NCBI GenBank assembly: GCA_001643675.2
Contig: LSRY02000010.1
Span: 1,302,001-1,366,000 of the forward strand
Direction: 5' to 3'
Source: Monocercomonoides exilis PA203
Lineage: Eukaryota > Protista > Preaxostyla
Length of the DNA stretch: 64,000 nt
Shown here: in pieces, positions 13,161 through 23,777 of the stretch
How the letters are laid out: every line of letters begins with the position of its first letter
How positions within the stretch are numbered: the stretch's first letter is position 1
The notes under the pieces: generated by a model
Told to the model about the DNA's origin: nothing
Database searches by the model: none
What the model saw: only the letters and a program-made list of their open reading frames with translations
Translations under genes and position numbers: made by a program

Positions 13161-13265
13161 ACGCTGTAAAGCATAAATCGAAAAAATAATTAAGATCAAG
13201 CCCATCATAATATTATTTAAAAATTTGTTTGAAAAAAATAAAAATTTCTCAAAAATCTCATGTTA

Positions 13266-15125
13266 TCAATCTATGGTAACAGTCATTTGATTTTGACAAT
13301 ACGGGCAATTTCCAAAAAGCGTTTTAAATGATTGCCGCGTTGATGGCTGAGTCTGAAACCATTGAATGATACAAACAGAGTGATATCCTTTTTCTGAATC
13401 AAATCATCATTAAACTTCAAATGAATTGCTAAATAATTTAAAGAGCAAACTGCATTGTTCATTTTGGCAAAATACATTTGGAAAGAGATTCGGATCCGTA
13501 TCAGGATGTAAATTGTAACATATTCCACAGCAAGCATCAAGATCAATCTCAAGTTCTAAGTCTAATTGTTCATCTTCTTTAGCATTCTTTTCTTTCTTCT
13601 GCTTTTCTTCTGTTTCGATTTCCTCATCATCACTTAGACTGAACTCGCTATCATCATCTTCATTTATTTCTTCTCGAACAGTTTTTTGAACATTTCTTCT
13701 TGGAATGGGCGATCCAAGAGCACTTTCTAAATTTGACAGGAAAGATTGCGAAGAGTCCCTAAGGTTAAGTCATTGAATAAAACAATTCCAACGAATGATA
13801 ATAAAAGTTAAAAAAAAAAAATAACAGTTTTTTGAAGAAATGAGAGTTTGAAAACGAATAAAAGTTTAAAAAATATCATCAATGGAACAACTCTTGATAT
13901 TTTGACGTTGCATACCATCGTGCAATATATTTTCTCAGCAATTCTTCCTTCTGCTGAATCTCGTCTTCTGGGCCGAAAAAGGAAAATGTTGGGGGTGTTG
14001 CCAGATTCATCGGATCCAAAGAAAAAGAGAGAGAAATGCGACTATCTGCAAAGAAACATCAAAGATGAAGTGCCAAACGATCGAATAAACAATTTTCAAT
14101 TTATAAAACAAATGATATCAGAAACAACATTTCATTATGCTTAACGCTTAAAAGAAGGAAAACCAATAAGAATTCTTCTGTAATTGCATGACCTTTGAGG
14201 CTTTAAAGGATCAATAACAATAGCAGATGAATCAATCTCGTCAAAAAAGTTGAAAAAGGGATTTAAGATGTGAAGGAGCTGAAAGTTATCAAAAAATAAA
14301 ATGCATCCAAAAACATGAAAAAAATTATCTGCAAACAGCATCGACATATTTCACTGCGTCATCGAGCGTGAACTTTTTTCCAGACGAATGAAAACTGAGA
14401 ATTGACTCATCTTGTGGTAATTTGTTGAATAATTCGTCTTCCAAGTTAACTGCAACAGGCAGATCACTTATAACTTGCGGAGCTTCATAAGGATAAGATG
14501 GAGGAATTATAAATGTCACTTCATGCTTTCTCGAGTTTTCGTCTCTAAATAAAAAAATGTTTCAATAATAATTTTCATCAAAAAATTATAAAATAAATAA
14601 GATTAGATAAAAAACATTGCTAATCTTAACTAAATGGATCAAAACAAACATAAATAACAGTTCAAGCTTTGAAAATTCTTTATCTATACTTTTAAAAAGG
14701 CCAGGTCGCAAATCAGTTATTTCTTGAACAAGCAGAGATAAGTAATCAAATGTTTTTTCTTGATCCTTTTTCAATGAAGAATGACCTGAATATTTATTTG
14801 CAATCATTTTTTTCCTGATAAGTTCTTTAAGTTCAACTAAGAATTCTGAAATAGTCTTGCATTGAATCATTTTCTGTGAGCAAAAAGCGAGAGTAACATG
14901 AACAAGGGGAAAAAAACCAACCTCTTGAATAAAGCTCTTATGAGTCATTAATAAATCTTTGAGTTCGGGAGAAGAATATATCGAACAGTTTGTTAATGAA
15001 TCTTTAAAAAGCTGTTGAACGGAAAACAGGAATTCTTCGTCTTCTATAGTCAAGAACCCTTCATAACCATTTGAATTAGGTATGGGAAATAACAAAGGAA
15101 ACTGAGGAAGTGCGTCACATATCAT
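13266..15125 (-). CDS. FANCL: Fanconi anaemia E3 ubiquitin ligase FANCL (ELF-DRWD-RING), 7 exons
   Basis: Spliced translation shows FPLLFP..YEGFLTI, DENSRKHEVTFIIPPSYPYEAP, FFDEIDSSAIVIDPLKPQRSCNYRRILI, LDPMNLATPPTFSFFG, WDSSQSFLSNLE, and RING CGICY..PNVFCQNEQCKKGYHSVCIIQWF..TRQSFKTLFGNCPYC. TGA at 13266-13268. Confidence 0.93.
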
Positions 15126-15278
15126 TGAACAAAAAAGAAAACAAAAAAATAAAAAATAAAAAATGATTTGATCAGAGAGAAAAGTTGATGGGTACAAAAA
15201 ATAAGAAATAAGAAATTTTCTTTTTTGGTTTGAAATTGAGATTTTTGGGAGCAAATTTAACAAAGCCCAGAAAGGGTC
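15126..15278. promoter_or_regulatory. Putative bidirectional promoter, FANCL / F-box-TM
   Basis: 153 bp between divergent start codons. Confidence 0.55.
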
Positions 15279-16813
15279 ATGAATTATTTCGGTTTGTTTG
15301 AAATAATGAAGCTTGAAATTGTTTAGTTTTTGGAATTTGTTGATAGGCGAACTACCAGATGAAATAACTGTGATGCATGATTTATTAGTTTATCTCCTTC
15401 ACAACGAATTATTTTATGCTTTATGCAAATAGGATTTTTCGGAATTGCGATCTTCAAACATTGAAAACATTAAGAAAAGTTAGCCATCGATTTCATCGCA
15501 TTTCAAATATCGACTCATTATGGAAAAGTGAGGCAGAAAAAATAGTACATGATAATTACAATGAATTGTTTTTGAACAGAGGGAAAAAAGAACCGTTAAT
15601 TCAATTTTCTCCTGAAACTTTCGAAGTTTGATTTGATTTATATCTTTTGATGAATTTTGCGTTTTTGAAGGATTGGAATAATGCGCCTGCCCATGGATTT
15701 TCTTCCAAGGGTTATAAAGAAACATATATGTTTGCTGTTTATCTGTTTAATGCGTTTATACCACATTATCACTTATTGTTAACAAAATATTTAAATATTA
15801 TTTGATTGCTATTCAAAAATAGGACATATAAAAAATATTTATTTGAAATGTCGAAATGCAAGTCAGCATCTTTTGATATTTTCGAGTGCTTCTGCAGTCG
15901 TGAGAGTTATCACAAGAGTTATAAGATGTGCTGCATACTCCTCATTCCCTTTCTTATTGTTTCAATAATATGTATGGTATTTTGCTTGGTTACGTTGCAC
16001 ATCACTGGCTACAATTATCAATCATCAGCAAAAGAAAGCGGATTTTTCTATCAATTCACAACTGCTGGATCTTTTTTCTTTCTTGGATTTGTTATATTTT
16101 TTCCTGTGATATTTTATTTACTTGATTATACATTCCTTCAACTTGTCACAGTTATGTTGTTCCCCATAAGCATTTTGTGCTTTTCAATATTTGCCGATGG
16201 ATTTGGTGTTCGGTGGCTTTGCGTAGCTGGAATACCAGAGATACTCTTACTCGTTTTAGCACCATTGGCAGTTGAGATATTGTTAACTGGAAGAAGGGAA
16301 AATCCCAATGAATGGAAAGTGAGGATGGGTGCATATTTGTGCATTTTTGTCAAACTAGTTGGTTTTATTCTGAATGTGCTGAAGAAAGACGCTGGATGGA
16401 ATATCCTGTGGTCAGTTGCAGCTATTGGGAACTATTTGTATTTTGCTCTTGCGGTAATTTTCTTTTTCTGCATTGGGCGCAAATCTGAAGATGATAAAGC
16501 AGGCAGCTATGCAATGTGTATCTTGCATGTGGCTGCAGAGATTGTGCTTGTTTTGTCCGTGTTGTGGATGGACGGCATTGTTAAGCCATTTGCTCTTGTG
16601 CTTCTGCCAATTGACTTATGTTTGGCAGCTTTTGCGCTTATTGGACCGCCTGTGTTTATAACAATCATCCGCGGACAAATAGAGGACTATTGGGAAGACG
16701 TTGAGTACAGCAGAATAATAGAAAATGAAAACAGGGAATATCGCAGGATTTGGAAAAAGAGGGCGAAAATATCAAAGTCATTTAGATTGGCATTGCATGA
16801 ACATTATATCTGA
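15279..16813 (+). CDS. F-box protein fused to a multi-pass (about 7-8 TM) TMEM185/TMEM60-like membrane domain; 5 exons including one GC-AG intron
   Basis: Spliced N-terminus MNYFGELPDEITVMIFRNCDLQTLKTLRKVSHRFHRISNIDSLWK is an F-box. Last exon (ORF 15806-16813) has many hydrophobic helices with LKKDAGWNILWSVAAI and LWMDGIVKPFALVLLPI hairpin motifs. Confidence 0.8.
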
Positions 16814-17988
16814 AAGAGCACGTTGTGCATGTCATTCATTGCAAGCTCTTCAATAAAGTGCTTTGAGCGATTGTTGAATTTTCTTTCAAAATTTTTTATA
16901 TTCGGAGTATTAATTTGGTTTTAAAGAGATTTCGAATGATTATTAGAGTACTTTGTTTTATAACCTTTTGAAAAAACTTTTTATTGTTCTGTTGTTATTT
17001 AAAGAGTGAAAGAAAATCCTCAAATTTTCTCTTTTTAGCCAACATCATAAAATTATTTGTGCTTACATGTTATATCGCTTCTTTTGTGAAGTTTTTGTTT
17101 TTATCGCTTTTTTTAATAAGTTCTTTCTTTTCAATGCAATTTCGCAAGGTTTGTTTTTTTAAAAAAATCTATGCGGCCAATGTGCATTTTTCACTCTATA
17201 ACTTTTAATTTATGTTGGATTTTTCATTTGAAAAAAGGAAAAAAAAGAAATTGTTACAAAAATTACATGTTTATTCAAAGAAAAGCATCAACAATCATTC
17301 TGACATTCGCCTTTTTTAAAATTGAATTAATAGAAGTTGCTTAGGAATATCTTTTTATTATTTTTTATTAAAATACAATTATTTATTTTATTTTATTTTA
17401 TTTTTTTTATTTGTCAATAATCACAAAAGTTGAAAAATGGAACTGATTCTATTTTGAGTCTGACAAATGCAAATAACAATCCAAACAAACAAGAAGATAA
17501 TTCAATCATTGTAAATTTCAAACATTTTTCTGAAATATCTTCAATATTAATAAAAATGAAATTGCATTTTGCAGTTTTTTATTTCGAGAATTAAGACAGG
17601 CACACAGAATTTCAAGCGCCAAATGAAAAAATAAAATTTCAAAAGTCAGGGCAAGTGGCGAAGTGATGTTGTAACCGAACCCTAACAACAAAAAACCAAA
17701 GCAAAGAAGAAGAAGAAGAAGAGGAAGAAGAATCAAAATAATAAAAAAAAAATATTTCCTTCTGAAAACAAAGAAAAACGATAAACATCATCAAGCAGAG
17801 GAAAAAGATACGAACATAAATTTCAACATAAAGATCTCCCAGCTATCCTTCAAAACACACAATGAAGGGAAGTACACACATTACAAGCTTATCTATTAAT
17901 GCTATTTGAATATGCTTGTAAGCATAATAATAATTATTATTTTTTAAATTATCATTTTCATTTTAAAAAAATCTCAGAACATTTCAAA

Positions 17989-20900
17989 TTACCCACTCAA
18001 CGCCAACACCTCCGAAATCAGCTGCAGCGTCTTCTTGTGGCGAAGGAGCTCCACATGTGATGCTTTGTGTATTTCGACTTTGATGGAATTTGGAATGCCA
18101 TCGTTCAATGCACTGATGGTAGGGACAGTCAGATCACCGTCAATGATCTGCCACTGTGGATGCTTCCAGGAGGAGGATTCAGGAGAGGATGATGATGATG
18201 ATGATGATGGCTCAGAAGAAGAAGAAGAAGAAGAGGAGGAGGAGGAGGAGGAGGAAGAGGAAGAAAGAGGAGGAGAAGAAGATAATGATGATAATGAAGA
18301 AGAAGAAGAAGGAGAAGATGATAAAGAAGTACACAAAGTTGTTGGTGTCACTTCAGAATCAATCAAATGTGCCTTTTCTTCATCTTCAGATTGCTCATTA
18401 TCTTTTTCAATGAAATCATTAGCTTCATCTCCCATCCCACATTTCACTTCTTTTTCTTCCTCCTCCTCTTTCCCCTCTTCTTTTCCTTCCTCCTCTCCCT
18501 CAACTTCTTCCTCTTTCTCTTCTTCTCCTCCCTTCTCCAGCTCCTGAAGCAGTCTTTCATCAACAACTGCACTCCATTCTGTTCCATAACCTGTGCCATA
18601 CACATTATAGACAGCAATGTCTGGATAACACGGCAGAGGTTGTGAGAAATCTAATATTCCTCTTTTTTCTGTTGTTTTTATTTCTTCTTTTTCTTTTTCT
18701 TTTCCTTCTTTGCTTTCATCAGCATCATCTTCATCATCTCCTTCATCACCTTCTTTTTCTTCACTTACATTTTCCATTTCTTTAGCTTTAGCTTTTATCT
18801 TTGTCTTTGCCTTCACTTTGCTCATTTCCCTTCTCACTTTTCCTTCTTCATTTGAAACATTCTTTTTTCTGAGCCACGGAAACACTCGATATATCCAACT
18901 ATTCTTCTTATAATCATCAGAGCTTGATTTTATTAGATGAACATCTTCAGATGTATCTGCTTTATCATCGTCATTTCCTTTAAAATTGTCTTTCTGAAAT
19001 TCGAAATCTTCGATCTCTTCTTCCTTCCTTTCTTTTGCCAAAACTTCTTCCTTCTCTTTCTCTTCATCCTTTTCATTTTCTTCTTCTTCTTCTTCTTCTC
19101 CTTCTCCTACTTCTTCATCATCATCCTTCTCTTCTTCTTTCTCTTCACCTTCTCCTCCCTTCCCCGCATTCACCCACTTCTTCCTGTGCTTCTCAACTCT
19201 TCCTTTTCTCTTCGAAAGCGGAGGCAGCTGCCACAAGTGAGTGTCTGTGTGCAACCGCATCACCAAAGAAAAGAAGTCCTGCTGAATGTGAGGGGGCTTA
19301 GGGAAGATGCTGCCATCAGAGGAGTAAAGAGGATGATGTGGAAGATGTGAAAGAGAAGGAAGAGAAGGAAGAGAAGGAAGAGAAGATGAAGGTGGAAGAT
19401 GAAGTGAAGGCAAAATAGATAGATGATTTGCAGATGATAAAGCAGATGAAGTTGTATTTGACGAAGAAATCGAAGAAGAAATCGAAGAAGAAATCGAAGA
19501 AGAATTTGAAGAGGACAAAGTTAAACCAGAAGGTTGTGAAGATTTATTCTCAATGAATTTTTTTTCAATCGATTCATCCAAAGAAGCTGAATCACATTGT
19601 GTTAAGCAATCTTCCTTTGAAGCCACAGACACTGGCGGAAACGGCTTCCTCTGTGCAATCTCTCTCTTCCACAGCTTCAGCAGTATTTCATCGTTCTTCG
19701 CAATATGCGAAGGTTTTCCCCTGTCAAGTTTCGCTAAATTTAGCACTTCTCTTTCACCATCTGTTCGATATTTCTCTTTTTTTAGCTGTTTTTCAATCGC
19801 TTTGGCAATTTTGCTTTGGCGAGCTTGCTGCTTTTTGGCTTCCTTTTCTGTGATTGAAGGCTGTTTCCCCTGAGATCCAGGCGAAAAAGGCACTTTCTTC
19901 ACTGTTTCGAATTTTTTGTGTATGAAAAGAGATTTCCCCCTCTTTTCTTTCTCTTCTTCTTCTTTTTCTTCTTCATCTTCAACTTTTGAACATTTTCTCT
20001 CATAAGCACAACTTTTATGAGAGCAACGATGCAACTCTGTCTCTTCATTTAAGTTTTGTATTTCATTTTTTTGTGTTGATTCTTTATTCTCTAGTTGCTC
20101 ACTCTGCTCTTCAATATCGTAGCTGTCGAAATCATAACAAGGTCCCCCGCCTTCAGGCACGTGCATCCCAAACCATTCGACTTTCCCTGTTTCTGAAAAA
20201 GGCAATAATGAAATTTATTGCAGATGAAATAGGATGAAAGCATCAAACAAAACAAAAATAAAATAAAATAAAATAAAAATAAAATAAAAATAAAGCAAAC
20301 TATGTTTGATGCCAAGTTTGGGGGAATAACGAAATTGCATTGGCTGAAGAAGCCAAAACATTGCAGGGGCATCCAACTCAATGCTTCTGAAAGTGCTCAA
20401 TTTTATAATTGCCGAAGGTATTCCCAAATTATAGCCAAATAGCATTGCACGAAGCATCCGGCTTGCACCTTGAAAGGCAGAGCCAATTGCAATCCACTGT
20501 TTGACATATTTCCGGAAAAATGAGGGAAATGATGCTAATAGCTGTCTGGTTAATAAACCTCCCATGCTGTGTGAAATGATTGTTATTCGTTGCTTTTTGC
20601 ACGATTCATAAGCTGCCAAAATTCGCTTTTTGAAAAAGCTAAGTTCATAACTAATTTCTCTTCTCCAGTCATATGGAAAACCCCACAAAGAAATACCAGG
20701 AATGTAGCCATGCTGCTTTAAATGATTAATTATTTCATAAAAGTAATGGCCAATGCTGCACAATAAATTTCAAAAATAATAATAATAATTAACATCAAAA
20801 GGCAAAATCATACTATGTGGATGAGACCCCATCAAGCAAATTTGAAATTGCCCAAAGTCCATATTCATTGTCAGGAACAACAATTTCTGTTAATTTATTT

Positions 20901-21073
20901 TTTTGAACGCAATTGCAATCTTTATCAAGTTCACAGCAGAGATACTTTTGAGAAACTGCATCTCCATTAACAATTCTTGGAAAAGCAATTTCTTCTTTGT
21001 GTGATTCGAGATCCCTTCCAACCAAAACAGAACCTCCAAGACCAGGGACAAGAAGCACGCTTGGAAATGCCAT
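17989..21073 (-). CDS. LCAT/PLA2G15-family phospholipase/acyltransferase (LCAT3/4-like), 3 exons, with large E/S-rich insertions
   Basis: VLLVPGLGGSVL, LWGFPYDWR, nucleophile IISHSMGG, WIAIGSAFQGA, YNVYGTGYGT, Asp motif DGDLTVP, His motif ASHVELL. GT-AG introns near 20760-20812 and 20195-20300. Confidence 0.9.
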
Positions 21074-21239
21074 TATCAATCCAGATTCAAAAAGAATTAA
21101 TCGAATAAATAATCCACATAAACGTTCGCACGCTAATATTTCAAAACATTAGTAAAAAATTTTCAATTATTCTTATAATCAAAACATTTTTTAAATCAAT
21201 AAAGGTATTCTTCATCAATAACCATTATATAAATACTGA
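21074..21239. promoter_or_regulatory. Putative bidirectional promoter, LCAT-like / GH25
   Basis: 166 bp between divergent start codons. Confidence 0.55.
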
Positions 21240-21992
21240 ATGATTCCATTTCTGATTTTTATTTTAACATGGAAGACTCAGTGCAAAGGAGAAATGGTAG
21301 AATTTGATTATAGTGAAAATGTACAATATGGAATCGATATATCTTTTTGGCAAGGAACTTTTAATGGCACTGTTGCCAAAAAGAGAAATGTTTCAAGAGT
21401 AATGGCACGTGCAGGATTTGGTGAAAAGACAGATGAATGTTTTGCGAAATTTAATCATGCTGCATCAATTGAGGGGATCGAATTTGGTGCATATTGGACT
21501 GCGACTTTTCATGACTCCAATGTTTCTCAATCACTCACTTCTGCTTTGAAAAACGCAAAAAAACAAGCTCAATTATTTATCCAACAACTACAAGAAGCGA
21601 ATATTTCTTCTTTTTGTGGTGTTGATATTGAATTAGAACTTGGACATGAATGTAGCTTGAATTCATTTCAACTGACAGAGTGCACAAATTCGTTTTGCGA
21701 TTACTTGAAAGCAGCAGGTTATAAACCAGTTATATATGGTAGCATTAAATGGTTGTTTCATAGAATGGCAATGGAGAAAATTCGTTACCCAATTTGGTGC
21801 GCTTATTATTTTAAATATGGCTCTTCATATGATTTCACTATGTGGGATGGCTCTTTTCCTGGTGATGCATATGGAAATCAAATGAAACGCATTCAAGACA
21901 GAATTGTTATGTGGCAGTTCACTTCAGAAGGATATGGAAAGAAATACGGTTGCGGAAGTACAAATCTTTGTAAGAGTTACTGTTATACTTGA
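21240..21992 (+). CDS. Glycoside hydrolase family 25 lysozyme/muramidase, probably secreted, intronless
   Basis: GIDISFWQG, ARAGFG, GAYW, catalytic D-x-E (VDIE), GYKPVIY, YPIWCAYY, MWQFTS. Hydrophobic N-terminus MIPFLIFILTW. Confidence 0.9.
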   Translation: MIPFLIFILTWKTQCKGEMVEFDYSENVQYGIDISFWQGTFNGTVAKKRNVSRVMARAGFGEKTDECFAKFNHAASIEGIEFGAYWTATFHDSNVSQSLTSALKNAKKQAQLFIQQLQEANISSFCGVDIELELGHECSLNSFQLTECTNSFCDYLKAAGYKPVIYGSIKWLFHRMAMEKIRYPIWCAYYFKYGSSYDFTMWDGSFPGDAYGNQMKRIQDRIVMWQFTSEGYGKKYGCGSTNLCKSYCYT

Positions 21993-22411
21993 AGTAAGTA
22001 ATTTTTTTTTTTGAGAATTTTAAATTTTTTTAAATATTTAATTGATAGCCTAGAGTTATTTTATTTTATTTTATTTTATATTGAAATTTGGGCAAGATTT
22101 AATTGCTGTCATATCTTTATATTGCCATCGTTTTGATTCCATTTATTAGTCGTTATTTATTTTGGTTGTACATCAATCTTTTATTTAATAATTTCACAAT
22201 TGTAATTGTTTTCTGATTGCGTTTGTAAAATGCCTCTTGCTAGTTGATCTTAGCGCGAAAGCGCAGAGTTGAGAATGCATTGTTGATTGATTATTTGAGT
22301 CTTATAGTAACCGAAATGATTAATAGATGAATTATTCAACAGATTCCATAACGATTATTGAGATTTTGAGTTTGTTGTGTGATTCAGTTGACTGTTTTGT
22401 TTTTATTTTTT

Positions 22412-22412
<1 letters not shown>

Positions 22413-22445
<33 letters not shown>
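22413..22445. repeat. (GA)n microsatellite
   Basis: Direct reading. Confidence 0.85.
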
Positions 22446-22447
<2 letters not shown>

Positions 22448-22994
22448 ATAAAGTGTTGTAGAGATTTCTTTGGAGCCTTTCTGTATTTTTTTTTTAATTT
22501 TCGAAGAGTTCTTTTTCTGTGGAATTTGCATTCGTTGATGCAATTGCTGTTATGTTTTCATTGGATATATATTCTCAGTTGTGTATAGAGAAGCAAATTC
22601 ATTTTTTATTTTATTTTAAATTATTTAATTTTATTTCACTTTTCTTTACTTTATTTATTTTTAATATTTTCACTTTCAAACATCATCTTTCAAGTCTTTT
22701 TCGCATTTGAGTTTGATGTGGCAGTTATTTTACTGCCTTTCAAGAGGAATTCGTTTTTCTTTGAGTTTGCTAAATTTTTTATCATTATTAAAGAGAAAGC
22801 TAAAATAAAAATCTGAAGTTTTTTTTTTTTTAAAAAAAAAAGAATAAAAAATAAATAAATAAAATCAAAGAAAGAAGAAAGAAAAAAAAGAAAAGAAATC
22901 AACACACAAACAAAGGTAAAGAATTTTGTTTAATTTGTACCCAAAACTACAAAAGTGGCGACAAAGAGAAAGAATACAGAAAGTAAAATAGGAG

Positions 22995-23070
22995 AAAACA
23001 AAAGAAAACAAAAGAAAACAAAAGAAAACAAAAGAAAACAAAAGAAAACAAAAGAAAACAAAAGAAAACA
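22995..23070. repeat. Tandem 10-mer (AAAACAAAAG)n, about 7 copies
   Basis: Direct reading. Confidence 0.85.
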
Positions 23071-23777
23071 TAAACAATTTTTTGAAATATTAAAGAGGTA
23101 GAATGAGGCTGTTGAATCAATCTCTTTAAAAAATAAAAATTAAAAAAGAGGAAAGTTTTTGTGTGCATTAATTAGTGATAGAGAAGTATTGAAGAATAAG
23201 AATAAAAAGAAAATTAATAATAATAAAAACAGAATTGATCAATTAGACATTAACATAAGCACGAGCAAGCGGTGGCATATCACAGCAATTATTTGTGAAT
23301 GATTGAACCAAGTGAATATGCAACACATTCAAATGAAAACCAACTTGCTTTTTTATTTTATTTTTTTTGATTTTTCACAGCAACAAAGAAAAATGAGGTG
23401 AATCTCTGTTAACACTGGGAATTCATCGACAACAAACTTTTCATTCAAAAAAAGGTTTCTCAATGATTTATCAAAAAAAGGAACATACGAATAAAGCGAA
23501 TAAACACAAAAAGCGAATAAGAAAGGAAAGGAAAGAAAAGAAAAGAAAAGAAAATGAAAATGAAAACCCCAAAGAAAAGGTGCATTCATTTTCATAGGAA
23601 AAATAAAAGAAGTGCAAAATACTCTGTGAAATTGGATAACATTCATTTAGCCAGACATGGAAAGGAAAGGAAAGGAAAGGGAAGGGAAGGGAAGGGAAAA
23701 CAAAAGATGGAGAAGCAATCCATATTACGCATTCAATTTATTCATCATCCTTATTTTTTCATAATAATAATTATTAT

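Noticed and set aside
15278-15281. Overlapping divergent start codons (CATG) for FANCL and the F-box gene
   Set aside because: The minus-strand ATG at 15280 stops after 7 codons and I found no in-phase splice to FANCL; FANCL homology starts at ATG 15125.
22995-23070. Regular repeats as a possible CRISPR array
   Set aside because: No unique spacers, simple 10-mer tandem, eukaryotic context, no cas genes.
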